The position numbers and the translations under genes are program-made. This document shows positions 14,344 to 28,025 of a DNA stretch of 64,000 nucleotides, one piece after another. Below the pieces are notes generated by a model. It was not told the DNA's origin. It did no database searches and saw only the letters and a list, made by a program, of their open reading frames with translations. The stretch spans positions 113,646,001 to 113,710,000 of the forward strand of contig OZ024740.1 of the NCBI GenBank assembly GCA_964016885.1. Direction: 5' to 3'. Position 1 is the stretch's first letter. Every line of letters starts with the position of its first letter. The DNA comes from Eledone cirrhosa (Eukaryota).

Positions 14344-14746
14344 ATTAATAATAATAATTGAAAGTAACGTTACCAATGTTGTTATTAATAACGCAAACTA
14401 CGAAAGCTGATTGATGTATTAGAAGTAGTACTGAGATAAAAGTTTTCCCTAGTTACATAGATAATACTTAATTGATATGCAATCTTTCATTTGATATGCA
14501 ATATTTCAGTTTTGTTTCTTAATTCTTGCTACAGTGTTTCCTCTTAATAAAACATTCATTTCTGTGTTTTCTTTGAAATAGACAGATCAATAATGAAACA
14601 CTGAGTACATAGTAATTACAATGCCTGCTATCTATACTACTACACACTTAAATCAAGACACATTGATAATATATACACACACACGCATATATAAATACAC
14701 TCTTACACACACACACCTATACATATAGATACACATCTCTCTCTCA

Positions 14747-14777
<31 letters not shown>

Positions 14778-14784
14778 TCTCTCC

Positions 14785-14816
<32 letters not shown>

Positions 14817-15009
14817 CACGAGCACTCTATCTCAAAATTATTTTTGAAAAGCATAAGAAATGCGCAACCGGTAAAAACTTAAAACTAAATCTGAATACTA
14901 ACTAATACTTATTACTAATTTATACTTATTCTTAATTAAACTAATTTTCACTGGGAAAAATTTGTCAGCATTATCTTTTCCTTTTTACTAATATATATAT
15001 ATATATATA

Positions 15010-15219
15010 GGCGTGTGGCTGAGTGTTTAGAGAATTAGATTCGCAATCGTAACGTGAGTTCGATTCCTGGACCAGGCGATGCGTTATGTCCTTGAGCAAG
15101 ACATTTATTTCACGTTGCTCCTTCTACCTGGAGTTGCGACCGATAGATGGTATTAGCAATTGGAAAGACCAACGGAAACATTGTTCCCTCGGTCCGATTT
15201 GACGAATGTCGATCGTTCC
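15010..15219 (+). mobile_element. tRNA-derived SINE, family B
   Basis: GGCGTGTGGCTGAGTG A-box, GAGTTCGATTCC B-box, TGTCCTTGAGCAAGACA core; second copy at 63341-63539 on the minus strand. Confidence 0.85.
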
Positions 15220-15389
15220 TATATATATAAATGAAAGGTATAGAAAGTATTGTAGCAAGAGGCCAACAGAATTCCATAATATATATATATATATATATAT
15301 ACTTTTGAAAAGCAGAACTGCGAAACCGGTAAAGGAACCAAATAATTTTTTTTTTTTTAATATAAGACTCCAGTCGCATTTTCGATTTC

Positions 15390-15484
<95 letters not shown>

Positions 15485-15487
<3 letters not shown>

Positions 15488-16291
15488 TAAAATAATGAAT
15501 AAACAAAGAAAGAGTTCCTTATATTAAAAAAAATTCATCATTTTACGATCGTTTCTAGGATATATATGTGTTAGAGTTGGTATGCATATTCTATAGATCT
15601 ATGTACAATATTTATACAAACCTACACATATATATGCTGTCTTCAGAAATAATGATATTTGTTTATTGAAAAAACAAAGATTCAATACAATAGGTCTGTT
15701 TGGGAACAGGTTTTGAATTGACCAATAGAGAGATAGTGAGGGTCAAGGTAGTAATATAGTAGTAGAAGAACCTTAAATTATGGGTAGAGGAAGGTAGATT
15801 TCAGTTTTGGATGGAAAAGAATATTATGAATGAAGGATTATTTTAGGGAAGAAATAGGTCTTATGCTGACCTCAGAAATAATTTTATTTTTTCATTGAAT
15901 AAAACCAACAAAGATCTAATATATTCTGTCTGTTTGGTAAGAGGTTTAGAATTAACCAATAGAAAGTTAATAATTGGCCAAATGGTAAAATAGTAGTAAT
16001 TGAAGCTTATTTTAGGGGTGAAAATAGGTCAGGTGGTCAGGAAAAGGTATACAAGCAGTTGCTGTTATAAAATAGTAATGCCAATACAAATATCTAAGGT
16101 GACTAAAGTTTTACGATAAGAATGTTAGTGAAAAAAATACATCTATGAAAAGAATATAAATCAATTTAATCGATGGGTATATTTATATTGATAAAATTAT
16201 ACTAATACATATAGATATGATAAATAAGAGTTAGATGCAGTTGAAAAGTGCTGTTAAAGATGAGGGGAAATTAAAAGAATATAAAAATAAT
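15485..16291 (-). mobile_element. ~800-bp non-coding hammerhead-bearing element (probable Penelope-like 3' end), copy 1
   Basis: Highly similar to 36760-37556; flanked by (TA)n; internal ~230-bp-period duplication. Confidence 0.8.
15535..15655 (-). ncRNA. Type I hammerhead ribozyme motif with 84-nt stem II (family HH2)
   Basis: TCATTATTT-CTGAAGA-(ATATATATGTGT/ACACATATATAT stem II)-GAAA-CGATCG-TA-AAATGATGA; 9-bp stem I with one G-U pair. Confidence 0.75.
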
Positions 16292-16381
16292 ATATATATA
16301 TACTTATATATATATATATACACATATATATACACATACACACACACATATACACACATATATATACACATATATATACAC

Positions 16382-16430
<49 letters not shown>

Positions 16431-16639
16431 CATGCATATATACATACATACATATATATACACACATATACACTTACATATGCATATAATTATTGGGGGG
16501 AGGGGATTAAATTTATTAGTGAGAAATAATAAATATATATAGTTTTCAAGGAACATAAAGTCATAACCTGAAGTTAAAGCATTATATATACTTAATGGTA
16601 TCAGTTTTAGGAAATGATAGTTGTAAGAAGGAAAGCAAA

Positions 16640-16860
16640 ATTATGTAGTTCACCAGTAGTAGAATTTAATTATAGGTTAACTAAATTAAAAATAGTTTAT
16701 ATTTTAATTTCTAAAGTATATATTAATTAGGTTTATAATATTTAAAGCATAATTATGTAGTTCATCAGTAGTAGAATATTAATTATAGGTTAACTAAATT
16801 AAAAATAGTTTATATATTAATTTCTAAAGTGTATGTTAATTAGGTTTATAATATTTAAAG
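16640..16860. repeat. Tandem duplication, ~110-bp unit x2
   Basis: ATTATGTAGTTCA...AATATTTAAAG repeated at about 16640 and 16752. Confidence 0.9.
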
Positions 16861-16888
16861 GTTTTTCTCAGTTTATGATTACACGATA

Positions 16889-17198
16889 TTGACTTTGCCT
16901 TTCATCCTTACGGGGTCGATAAAATAATGTACCAGTAGTGCACTGGGTAATTGCTGGCCTTGTGCCTAAAGTAGAAACAATTATTAATATATATATATAT
17001 ATAATCCAAAGGCGGTGGATTAGCAGTATCGGTAGAGGGTCGGACGCCATGCTTTCCAGCATAGTTACGTCCCTTTACGATCTGAGTTCAAATCCCGCCG
17101 AGGTTGACTTTGCCTTTCATCCTTACGGGGTCGATAAAATAAAGTACCAGTAATGCACTGGGTAATTGCTGGCCTTGTGCCTAAAGTAGAAACAATTA

Positions 17199-17200
<2 letters not shown>
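16889..17200 (+). mobile_element. SINE family A: 3' fragment (16889-16985) followed by a full copy (17010-17200)
   Basis: Consensus match. Confidence 0.88.
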
Positions 17201-17230
<30 letters not shown>

Positions 17231-17233
<3 letters not shown>

Positions 17234-18094
17234 TTATCTATAAAAGGCAGATTGTTGATGTTGTGTGTGTGTGTGCATGTTCTATGTTTATACATTTGCA
17301 CAATTTCAAATCGATTCGACTCAATGTCTGTAAGAATGTTGTAAATGGTCTAACTTAGTTCAACGACTATTTATTTCATTCACACTCACCCACAATTACG
17401 GAAATAATCGCTAAAAATATATACATGACGCTTTTCCCCTCTAATACAATCAGAATCCTCTCTCTTAACTCCTCTTAAACTTTAAGAGAGAGAGAGAGAG
17501 AGAGAACGAGTGTGGAACGGTTAAACATGTATTTACCTCAATGACAAAGTGAACATATTACATTTCATTTCATACGAAACAACAATTATTCAAAAGCAAC
17601 ATATAAATTTATTCAACAACAAAAAAATAGCGATAAATCTTTTTTAAAACATCTATCAACAAACGTGGAAGAAATAAGTATCAGTTCATTTACTATACAC
17701 AATAATATCCTCTATGTCGCCACTAAACCTGCTAGAAACAGCAGCTAACTCTCCTCCATATCACACCACTCCCTACTGTCTTAAATTTAGAAAACACACA
17801 TTAGACAACCATGCAGAACAACTCCATCGCAGCTCTGTTATTCGGCTGGCATCGTCTACGCGCGTGTTGCGCAAGTACTGTGAAATAATAAATTTCAGCA
17901 CTTCTTTGCACAGAGATAATATCCATAGGCGAAACTACAATTGTCACTGCTGGTGCAGCTCCTGCTTCGGCAGTCCAGGTCTGCAATTCATTCACCCAGT
18001 TCCTGGCAGACAAAAAATTGCTGCCATAAAATAGGTGGTGCAACCTAACTTTGGTAACTTACTGACCCCAAGCAACGCCAGGCTTTAATGCTAG
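17231..18094 (+). mobile_element. Non-autonomous Helitron
   Basis: Starts with TC after an A, ends with CTAG before a T; decayed subterminal GC hairpin CCCCAAGCAACGCCAGG; 5' end shared with the element at 18493. Confidence 0.7.
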
Positions 18095-18114
18095 TATATA
18101 TCTATCTATCTATC

Positions 18115-18405
18115 TAAGGCGGGTAAAATTCCTGAGATCCATGGGCGAGTTCTCTCCAGCGGTCTCTGTCCCTCATTATCGCTGCCATGTCCTGCATCTC
18201 CAACAGACCAGTGTCTGTCCTTAGGGCATCAACATACGTTAACCTTGGTCTTCATCTTCTAGTGTGTCCATGTAGGGGCTCCGAAAGGAGCACTGAGTGC
18301 AATGTCAACTCTGGATGTCGGTGAGCATGTCCAGCCAACCTCAGTCTCCTCTGTGTCACTTTTGAGCTGACTTTTGGGATGCTCCCATACAGCTCTGAGA
18401 TTTTC
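18115..18405 (-). mobile_element. RTE-like LINE 3' fragment
   Basis: ELYGSIPKVSSKVTQRRLRLAGHAHRHPE...RPRLTYVDAL resembles the RTE C-terminal RRLRxAGHxxR motif. Confidence 0.7.
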
Positions 18406-18430
18406 ATATTTATATATATATTCGCACTCC

Positions 18431-18480
<50 letters not shown>

Positions 18481-18950
18481 AATATATATATATCATTATC
18501 TATAAAAGGCAGATTTTTGTGTCTGTATGTATGTTTAAATTTTATACATTTACACAATTCCAAAAATATTGAATGAATAATTAAGCAGAATGTTTACAAA
18601 TATTCTAACTTGGGTCATGGGCGATCTTATTGGCTAAAAAATGCCACAATTATGAAAAAATCGATTTATTTCAACAATCGATGATTTCTCCTCTCTCATA
18701 TGATATACGTTTCCTATATCTATTCCCATTCATCACCTCCCCTTTAAATTGATACCTTCTCTTATAAGTGTTTGTGAAAAAGATAAACATTGAAAAAAAA
18801 CATATACACACATATATGTGGGTGCATACACACACATATATGTTGGTATGGTTACGATTGACGTCATAGAAACAGGAACGCGGGAATTTCAATCAATCAA
18901 CGCATACACAGTTTGTTTTAGAAATAACAATAGCATATAATGATAAAGAG

Positions 18951-19175
18951 ATCGGCCTTACACTTTCAAACTAAATGTTTCTGTATAAGTAACTTTAACC
19001 CTTTATTTTCGACATAAAAATACACACATACATACAAATACCTGTACATTTTTTTTGGGGGGGGGGGGGGCTTTCATATCAATCTTTTTACATTCAATTA
19101 TCAGCCTTATACTTTCAAAGTCAAATTTTATGTTGAAGTAACTTTCAACCTTTAATACATACATACATACATACA

Positions 19176-19207
<32 letters not shown>

Positions 19208-19660
19208 CACACATACATACAAATACCTGTCACTTAATTTACACACACATCGGCCTTACACTTTCATACACACATACATACATATACACACATACATACA
19301 AATACCTGTCACTTAATTTACACACACATCGGCCTTACACTTTCAAACTATATTTTTCTGTAGAAGTAACTTTAACCCTTTCTTTTCGACATAAAAATAC
19401 ACACATACATACAAATACCTGTACATTTTTTTTTGGGGGGGGGGGGGCTTTCTTATCAATCTTTTTACATTCAATTATCAGCCTTATACTTTCAAAGTCA
19501 ATTTTTATGTTGAAGTAACTTTCACCCTTTATTTTTCGATACCCATTTACTTACTAACATTTGTATCACAACAACAATAACAATATTCATAAACAGACAG
19601 ACTTTCAAAGTCAATTTTTCTGTAGAAGTAACTTTCACCCTTTCTTTTGGACATAAAATG
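18951..19660. repeat. Complex tandem duplications in the Helitron leader
   Basis: 18951-19150 recurs at 19329-19530; sub-units CGGCCTTACACTTTCA and ACTTTCAAAGTCAATTTT repeat several times. Confidence 0.85.
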
Positions 19661-21362
19661 CCACCTAAAATGAGAAGTCGCCTCAGTCGACATACCGCGT
19701 CAGCAGTGGCGCAAAAGGCTACTATAGCACACGAGTCCTCTGAGGAAAATGCTTCAAGACTTTCACAGACAGCCTTACGTTCAGCAGAATGTCGAGCCGC
19801 TGAAAGTTTCCAACAGCGCACCGCACGCCTAGCCAAAATGGCTTCATACCAGGCTTCTTCCAGGGCTTCAGAGAGCCGTGAACAAAGGTCGAAGCGCCTG
19901 GCTAGAAACGATGCGACTAATGCTGCTTCCAGGTCTTTGGAACGTTTAAAACAACGGACGGCTCGCCTTCCTACGGACGCTGCGGCTATGACTACTTCCA
20001 TGGCTTCTGAAGATGCAGACGGGCGGTCCATTAGCGTTGCAAATGTTGCTTCTGCTATAGCTGTCAGACCTTCCAACCAACCACACGACCAATGATCTAC
20101 GTTCAAGCGTAACAGTCGACGGCGAGAAGCTGCACGCGGTGTGACGAGCCCCATCAGCCCTTACTGGCACCTACGGGCTTTCAAGTATGAGCAAAACGTT
20201 AATTACTCGATGCGCTCTGACATAAATATAGGCGAGATGCGCTTCAATTACCAATTCTGCAATGCTACAAAGTGGACTGGGGAGCCACCTGCAATGTGAT
20301 GCTTAAACGGTAACGTCACCTTGCCCCCTCTTCCGGAACCGCCAGAGAGCCTTTGAAGGAACTACTGACTGGTTATACCTCAAGGTCAAAAAGAAAAAAC
20401 CCGCATCCCCCCAATAAAAAACGCTCCTGGGGGTACCGGAAAAACTTTTGTAACGAATTTGATTCTCGCTAAGATTCGTCAGGAGAAAAAAGTTGCGTTG
20501 TCCGTTGCATCGTCCGGGATCGCTGCTACTTTGCTGCCGGGAGGCAGGACAACACATTCAACCTTTAAACTCCCTTTGGATTTAGTAAAAACTGAGACAC
20601 CAACATGCAATATCAGCAAGAGTTCACACAAAGCTCTGGTTCTTAAAAGATGTTGCCTCATTGTTTGGGATGAGTGCACAATGGCACACAAGGGTGCCCT
20701 TGAGGCATTGGACAGGGCCCGGAAAGACATTAGGGATTCTACGGCTCCTATGGGTGGCGTAACCCTTCTGTTATCAGGGGATTTTCGGAAAACGCTGCCT
20801 GTCATCCCCAAATGGACAAGAGCTGATGAAGTGCGTGCCTGTCTTAAGTCGTCCATGTTGTGGCTCCAGGTGAATAGTTTGTACCTGAGCACAAATATGC
20901 GTGCTCATTTGCATGGTGACAACATGTTTGCAGCACAGAACATTTTAGCACTTGGTGAGGGCATGATCCCTGCGGATGACAAGGGCGGCATAGCAATCGA
21001 CACCCTGTGCAACATTGTGAGCAGCCCTTCTGACCTTTGGGAAGCAGTTTTTCCTAATGTCTCATCTAACTTTAAAAACCTCGATTGGCTCAGCGAAAGA
21101 GCCATCCTTGCTCCGAAAAATACCATGGTTAATTTTATTAACGAGCAGACCCCGACGATATCGTTAATTATCCGGTTGAGTTATTAAATCTCCTTGAGCC
21201 CCCAGAGCTCCCACCTCACATTATTAAGCTTAGGGTTGGCTGTCCCATTATGCTAATAAGGAACTTGCGTCCACCAAAGCAGTGCAACGGTACTCGCATA
21301 GTCGTCAAGTCACTGACACCCACTTGATTGAGGCCACCATTGTAACGGGGTGCGGAAGCTGT
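19658..21362 (+). pseudogene. Helitron RepHel pseudogene (N-terminus and zinc-finger-like region fused to Pif1/SF1B helicase; Rep domain missing)
   Basis: FCNATKWTGEPPAMC..NGNVTLPPLPEPP; Walker A APGGTGKT; VASSGIAATLLPGGRTTHSTFKLP; IVWDECTM; GDFRKTLPV; [25 protein letters not shown]; stops and frameshifts. Confidence 0.9.
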
Positions 21363-22147
21363 GATGAAACAGCAATGATGTGAATAGGGAAATTGATAAC
21401 AACCGACCGAGGTAGGTAGGGGGCGTGGTGTTCACATGACATCAGTGAAGTATAAGAAAGTAGAAGGGAGAGAAATAAATACAGGCTGGACCAGAATTCA
21501 TAGCTCGCTTGTTATATTTCTTAACATGCCTCACAGGTTTTTTTTCTTTTTTTTTTCTAAATTTGATTAACCATGGCACATCCTTTGCTAAGCTTGGAAA
21601 AACGTGTTCAATGCGTAAGATTATTTGTTTCATAACATTTTGTGTTAATAGAACTATAAATAATCAAGTGAGTCATGAATTATGGCCCAGCCTGTAGAAA
21701 GGGATAGAAGAAATGACAAGCGAGAGGTAGGGCAGGAGGAAGACCGTTAGATGGGAAAAGAAGGAAGAACAGAAAGAATGTTCACAGATCATGTATAGTC
21801 TATTTTTAGATACGAATGAAAGAAGTCTGCTTTGGCGAAAAAGACAATAATAAATAAACACAGGGACAACGGAAACACAACACAGACAAATCCCTGCATC
21901 GTCATATGATTTCGGTGTTTCGAAAGTTTGGATCATTATCTAAATTGCAAATGAGGTCATCGTTTAGAGTGAAAATATTGTGTCCCATAAATCAAACTCC
22001 TCCACCTGTGTAGACCATTGGTATATATATTCATACTATTTATGAGATTTACCTAAAGACTTAAAATTAATCTGGTAATGCCTTATCAGATGAATGAACA
22101 TATGATAAGATAAAAACAAGTTTGTCAACTATCTATGTGCCAACTAA

Positions 22148-24197
22148 ACTTCCGGCCCATAACCCTGCTCAACACAGAGTTACAGATTTTGGCTAAGGTG
22201 TTGGCAAAGAGGCTGGCGCTTGTCGTCGAAAACCTGGTGGGGGAAGCGCAGAAATGCGCAATCCCGACCAGGTCCATACACGACAACCTCCACCTCATGC
22301 GATACATCATAGAGAGGGTAGGGTGTAAACCCGGCTTCGGTGGGGCCCTGATCATCTTAGATCAGTCTAAGGCTTTCGATAGGGTTGACCATCGTTACCT
22401 GGATGCGGTGCTCGAGGCGGCAGGCTTCGGACCCGTGTTCAGGGGCTGGATTGCAGCAATGCACAGCAGCAACATCTGCTCAAGGGTCAAGGTGAACGGC
22501 TACCTCTCAGAGCCGTTCCATATCAGTTGGAGCTATTGCAGGGCATCCTTTTGGAACCGAGACTGCGAAAAGAGACGTCCGCCTACGCCGACGACGTGCC
22601 AGTAATGGTGTCGAGCACCTCGCATATCGGGGAGATCGGCAGCTTACTGGAGGAATACGAAAGGTTCACAGGAGCGAAGCTGAACCGGGACAAAACCGTC
22701 GGTTTGCAACTCGGAACGTGGAGAGGCAAACCAATGCCTTCCGATGACGTCGTCGGACGCTGGACGGAAGGACCGGGAAAGCTGCTCGGGGTCTGGTTTG
22801 GTCCAGACCTCCAGATGGAGAAGAACTGGAACTAGGTGACGGCTAAGGTGTTTGCACTCACCCAGAAGTGGGCCGAGTGCAAACTATCCTTGAAAGGACG
22901 AGCGGAGGTGGCGAACACTTTTATAGCGTCCGTTATCTACTACCGCTTGACCGTCGTGCCTTGTCTAGCCAAAACGCTCACCAAAATGGAGCGCGCGCTC
23001 TTCCAATTCCATTGGAAGAAACGGGCACCTTTTGGGGAGAAGATCCATCTGCTGCTAACACCCTTCAAACGGAGGGCTGGGATGCCGTGGCTGACGATGC
23101 GCAAACACATGCTCAGGCTGCGGCACCTCCTCGTATTCCTCACCAGATAACAGGTGTGGGCTCCGTTCGTGAGGCGACCCTTCCCAGGACTCGTCTCGCT
23201 GACCGAGCTGCAGTCCTGAGTCAAGCAAAGACCGAGGAAAATGGGCGACTGGCACATCGAATGTGCTCAGGCGCTCACAGTCCACTGCCAAACGGACCCG
23301 GTGATCAGTGGAGACTCCACTTCGACATTCTATAGAGGGTTGGTGCGCAGAAAGTGCGACGACACGCTCGGAGAAACTCTAGGCGTAGAGGGGGACGAAC
23401 TGGCCAGTCTGTTCAGTAGGACCTTCCGCCCGGGACCAATGGACACCTTCCAAAAGTCCCTGGCCTGGCAGTGCTACCGAGAAGCTCTACCAGTTTGAGA
23501 CAAGCTCTACAGACACGGGCACCCTGGTAAGGACCCTTCGAAAAAGATCTGTCCGAGATGCGTGCGCGACGAGGAAACCGTCGCACACGCATTTGTACAC
23601 TGCCCGGGCGTTACCGACCTGTGGGGCTATGTAGAACGACTATTGTCGCGGGTGGGACCAATCCTGTTGACCACCGAGTCGATTTTCATGATCAAACCGC
23701 CACCCTCCTTAAAAAAAAGGGAGAGGCGGTTTTCCTATGTTTTATGGCTATGGTGAAAGAGGTTATATGGTGGACGAGGTTAAAAGGGCTGAGGTCAGAC
23801 ACCTTTCGCTCCGGCGAGCAACTGATTCGTTTTTTCAAATATCATTTTGGAAGAAGAATCAGGATGGAGAGAGAGGTGCTATACCATAGCAAATTTTATA
23901 AAAGGTGGGTGAATGTGGCAAAGATGGCCGAGTGGTTGGGCCTTCTCTCTATATAAGCCTCTAGGTTGAGGAAAAAGAGGAAGAGCAGTAGGGAGTACTC
24001 ACTTTTGGTGCTCCTGGAGATGAGGGTTGTACATTTTTTCGGGGTGTGTACAACCCCTGTGTATCACCTCCCCCCAATTGGGGATTTCAATTGTTATTTG
24101 TTATTGTATTAATAGTTTTATTTTCATATACCTTTATGTAAACTCCCCATTTGTATTTGTCTCCTTCTTTTATGCCCTTGTGGGAAATAAAGAAATT
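22148..24197 (+). mobile_element. 5'-truncated Tx1-like (L1 clade) LINE, copy 1, with 18-bp target-site duplication
   Basis: RT motifs NFRPITLLNTELQILAKVLA, LDQSKAFDRVDH, YADD; C-terminal CPRC..ETVAHAFVHCP; AATAAA; TSD 22130-22147 / 24198-24215. Confidence 0.92.
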
Positions 24198-24223
24198 TAT
24201 CTATGTGCCACCTAATGAAATGT

Positions 24224-24300
<77 letters not shown>

Positions 24301-24867
24301 CATTCTCAAATTATAAAAAAGTATAATTAGTAATAAAACTACATATTTATGGAGAAATGCCTTCTCTAAAATGAACTCTAACTTAACTCCAAACTGAACA
24401 GAATGGCATATCTTCCCCGTAAAATACATCTGTCTCCCTATATCTAAATTATTTCAATGTTCCTTTATAAAGGTTTATGTATGTGTGCAGCGACATGGAC
24501 ATACCATCGCTACAACTGAAATACATGCCGTGACAATATGGCTGAACGATTCTGTTGTGCAGAAATCTAGGTACAAACTACCTCATGGTTCCAGTTTGCA
24601 GAATGGAGAAAGCGTTACCCCGGCGCATAGCGGGGGAGTCGCGTACAAATAATCATTCGAACTCACAGAACTCAATCCTGCCAATGGCCCAATTCACCCC
24701 GATAGCCGTGAGGAGTAAGGATGTTGGGGAATAAGAACATTAATATGTCTCCACCGCTATAGGATCAATCGCTCTAAACTCAATAATTTTCTTTTTTGTC
24801 ACGGATGTCGCAATATTTGCTCTTCGTGAAAGAAGAATTCCCTCTATCATTACTCTCTCTCTTTCTT

Positions 24868-25056
24868 GGCGGTGGATTGGCAGTATCGGTAGAGGGTCGG
24901 ATGCCATGCTTTCCAACATAGTTACGTCCCTTTACGATCTGAGTTCAAATCCCGCCGAGGTTGACTTTGCCTTTCATCCTTACGGGGTCGATAAAATAAA
25001 GTACCAGTAATGCACTGGGTAATTGCTGGCCTTGTGCCTAAAAGTAGAAACAATTA
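24868..25056 (+). mobile_element. SINE family A copy
   Basis: Nearly identical to 17010-17200. Confidence 0.9.
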
Positions 25057-25128
25057 CTCTCTCTCTTTCTTTCTCTCTCTCTCTCTATATATATATATAT
25101 CTTTATATTTATATTTCCCCCCTCTCTT

Positions 25129-25184
<56 letters not shown>

Positions 25185-25297
25185 TATCAGATTAAAGTTT
25201 AAGCAAATGATCGGTTTTTTCCCTTATCGGCATCTTTTGAAAGCAGCGATTCTTTGCTTAAAAATTGGATTTTAGTCTTCACATTTATTATTATTAC

Positions 25298-25330
<33 letters not shown>

Positions 25331-27439
25331 ATATGTTTATATATATTGGCTGTATATGGCTGTGTATGTATACTAGAGTTTGTATATATATGTATATATG
25401 CATCAATGTGTGAGTGTATGTGAGTGTATGTATCTATATTCGTAGGTCTCTGTTTGTGTGCTTGCAATTGTATGCGCAATTTTATACGTTGTCTCATTTA
25501 CATCAATATCCCATCATTCCATTGAATTATAACGCGAAAACTATTGAATGCCACAAACTGTGAAAGGCATGTAGGCTGTAGTCAGAGCTGTATGAAGGCC
25601 AACGCATGCTTACCGTTCGTTTGATACTTACAATAGAGTTAATAACCGATTGTTCTATGTAACTCATTAACTATATTCATTCGTTTGGAATATTCAACTC
25701 AGTATTTCAGTTGTATTTAAAATAAATAATTATATTTTAAATACTACATAATTATTATTCTTCACGAAGAGAAAGTTCTTGTCATTTATATTGTTTTAGC
25801 CGCAGGTGAATCCCACAGTAGTAGACCTAAGATCAAAGGAAATGTTCTTCTTTATTCTTCATCTTATACTTCCTCTTCTACTTCTTTTTGTTTTTCTTTT
25901 TCTACGTGAGATTTTCCTTCTTCGTTTTCGTTTTGTTCTTGATCTTGTTGCTCTCTTGAATCTCCATCCCCTTCGCTTCCATCTCCACGTAATCATTATC
26001 ACCATTATATATATCTTCTTCTTCTTCTTCTTCTAAAGTCTGAAACTGATGTGGCTGCTATTTTTAGCCGGTCGATCTCACTGCATTGAGCTTATTCATT
26101 CATATAAATCAATATCTCTACCGTTAATCAACTGAGATGATTTCAGCAGTAAGCGTTCGAAACCTAGTGTTAATGAAAAGACGCCATTTTAAGTTATGTC
26201 TTAATCTCAGTTCACCTTTCACCTCTTCATTAAATGAGGTTCATATTTGATTAATGAATCTTGCTTCAATTTCAGATCCGTTTCAATGATAATTATGGGC
26301 CTTTTTGAACTATTCCTCCTCACTAATTTTGATTGCTCTGACCCCGAAATTGCAATTGCTCCTCCTTAAACATTTCCTTCATACATTCTAATCCTTTCCT
26401 TCTCCCTTTTCTTCTCCTTAATCCTCATCATCATCACTATCATAATGTTCTTGCTCTTTCTGCCCTGTAATGGTATCTTCTTCTTCTTCTTCTTCTTCTT
26501 CACCAAATATGTCATGTTACGTATTCTTCTTAAATGTGTCTTGTTAAGTACATTTGGTTCAACCTCTAGATACTAATGGCCACAGGAATGTTAAAGATAA
26601 TTTATATTGTAATTATTCTCAGACACATAATAGTCTTCATTATCACACATTTTCACCTCACTATCACAGCCACCACCATTATGCTGTATAACGTCATCAA
26701 TAAGGATCGCCATCATCTGCGTTATCAGTATGATTATCATGCAAGTCATCACTATCATTTTCACCATACGATGTTCCTTTCATATCGGTAAACATAAGGG
26801 AAAATATGAAGGGAACTTCGTCAGATCAAGCCAGGGAAATCGTGTGCTCATTGTTTATACATTGCCAATACGCTTTGCTGGTCACAACATCTGGGTGACG
26901 GAGGCAAGATTTGAAATCAAAGCACACAGAACAGGATTGGATACTGCAAATCATCTCTTTTGACTCTAACAATTTCGCCACTTCATCGCACCTGGCCAGG
27001 TACGTTACGAGTGTAGGCTGAATATGAAGGAATGATGCAAGTGCTGTGAAATTTTGCATGCATTAATTTCAACTCTTCTTATTAAAAACTGTATTGTTTC
27101 TTTCCAGGCTCTAGGTAGAATGAACCTCATTTGGTCAGTCCTAATAATTATTCAGCTGACCCTCGTATATTCTAATTTAAGGTATCATTTTGTAACATTT
27201 TCGAATGATGATCATGCAACTATGAATTGTGTATGTCGAATACTGTTTGACTTTCTGGGCATAGGAATGCATTAAGAATCTGAGATATGATTAATGTGGC
27301 TCTAACTACAGTGAAAGAAAAGAATAACAAAATGTATTTACATTTCCTTATATTTTTACAATTTAGTTATGCCTACTTAAAATTTATCTTTGATTTTATA
27401 ATAAACGCTGTGTTACATATAATTAGTCATTAGTTAAAC

Positions 27440-28025
27440 ATTTATCAGAGCCGCCAAATTGCGGAGTATTTGGGTTTCTGAGAGAATGCTTCGTGCTATA
27501 CATTCCAGATTTCTGAATTATGGGTTCAAATTCAAACGCTGTCAACTTTATCTGTATTCCCCGATAAAATATAGTGGACGACTCTCACCTCGCCACAATA
27601 TGCTGGTCGTTTCTGTAGATTAGAATCTATTAAGTGCGTTGGATTGGCAGAACCGTTGAATTGTCAAGATAAGGTATTTGTTTTGGATCTTAACAATGTT
27701 CAAACCTCGCCACGATTATATTTGCTTTCATAATTCCAGGGTCGATAAAAGATAGTAGTATTCTAGTACTGGGGTCAATATAATTAACTATTGCATCCCA
27801 TCAGAAATGCTGGCCTTGTGCTTAAATCCAGAACCATTCGGACGCCATACTTTACAGCATAGAGTTAGGGCCCTTTATAATCTGAGTTCAAAGCCCGCCG
27901 AGGTTAACTTTGCCTTTCATCCTTACGTGTTCGATAAAATAAACTACATGTCACGCACTGGGGTCGATTTAATCGACTTTCCCCTCCCCCAAAATTGCTG
28001 GCCTTGTGCCTATATAAGAAAACAT
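27440..28025 (+). mobile_element. Cluster of diverged SINE family A-related copies; best preserved at 27838-28025
   Basis: Repeated GGGTCGATAAAA, GCTGGCCTTGTG and GTTCAAA motifs. Confidence 0.7.

Larger units (their letters stand above)
18493..21362 (+). mobile_element. Internally deleted, 3'-truncated Helitron
   Basis: 5' TCATTATCTATAAAAGGCAG terminus, tandem-duplicated leader, RepHel N-terminal and Pif1 helicase remnants. Confidence 0.8.

Noticed and set aside
19522-20154. 210-aa minus-strand ORF
   Set aside because: Antisense shadow of the Helitron N-terminal coding region
20459-21187. Host Pif1 helicase gene
   Set aside because: Intronless, disrupted, and embedded with a Helitron N-terminus and 5' terminus
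26730-27275. Short ORFs in higher-complexity sequence as possible host exons
   Set aside because: No recognisable domain or consistent splice structure; small exons cannot be excluded without RNA-seq
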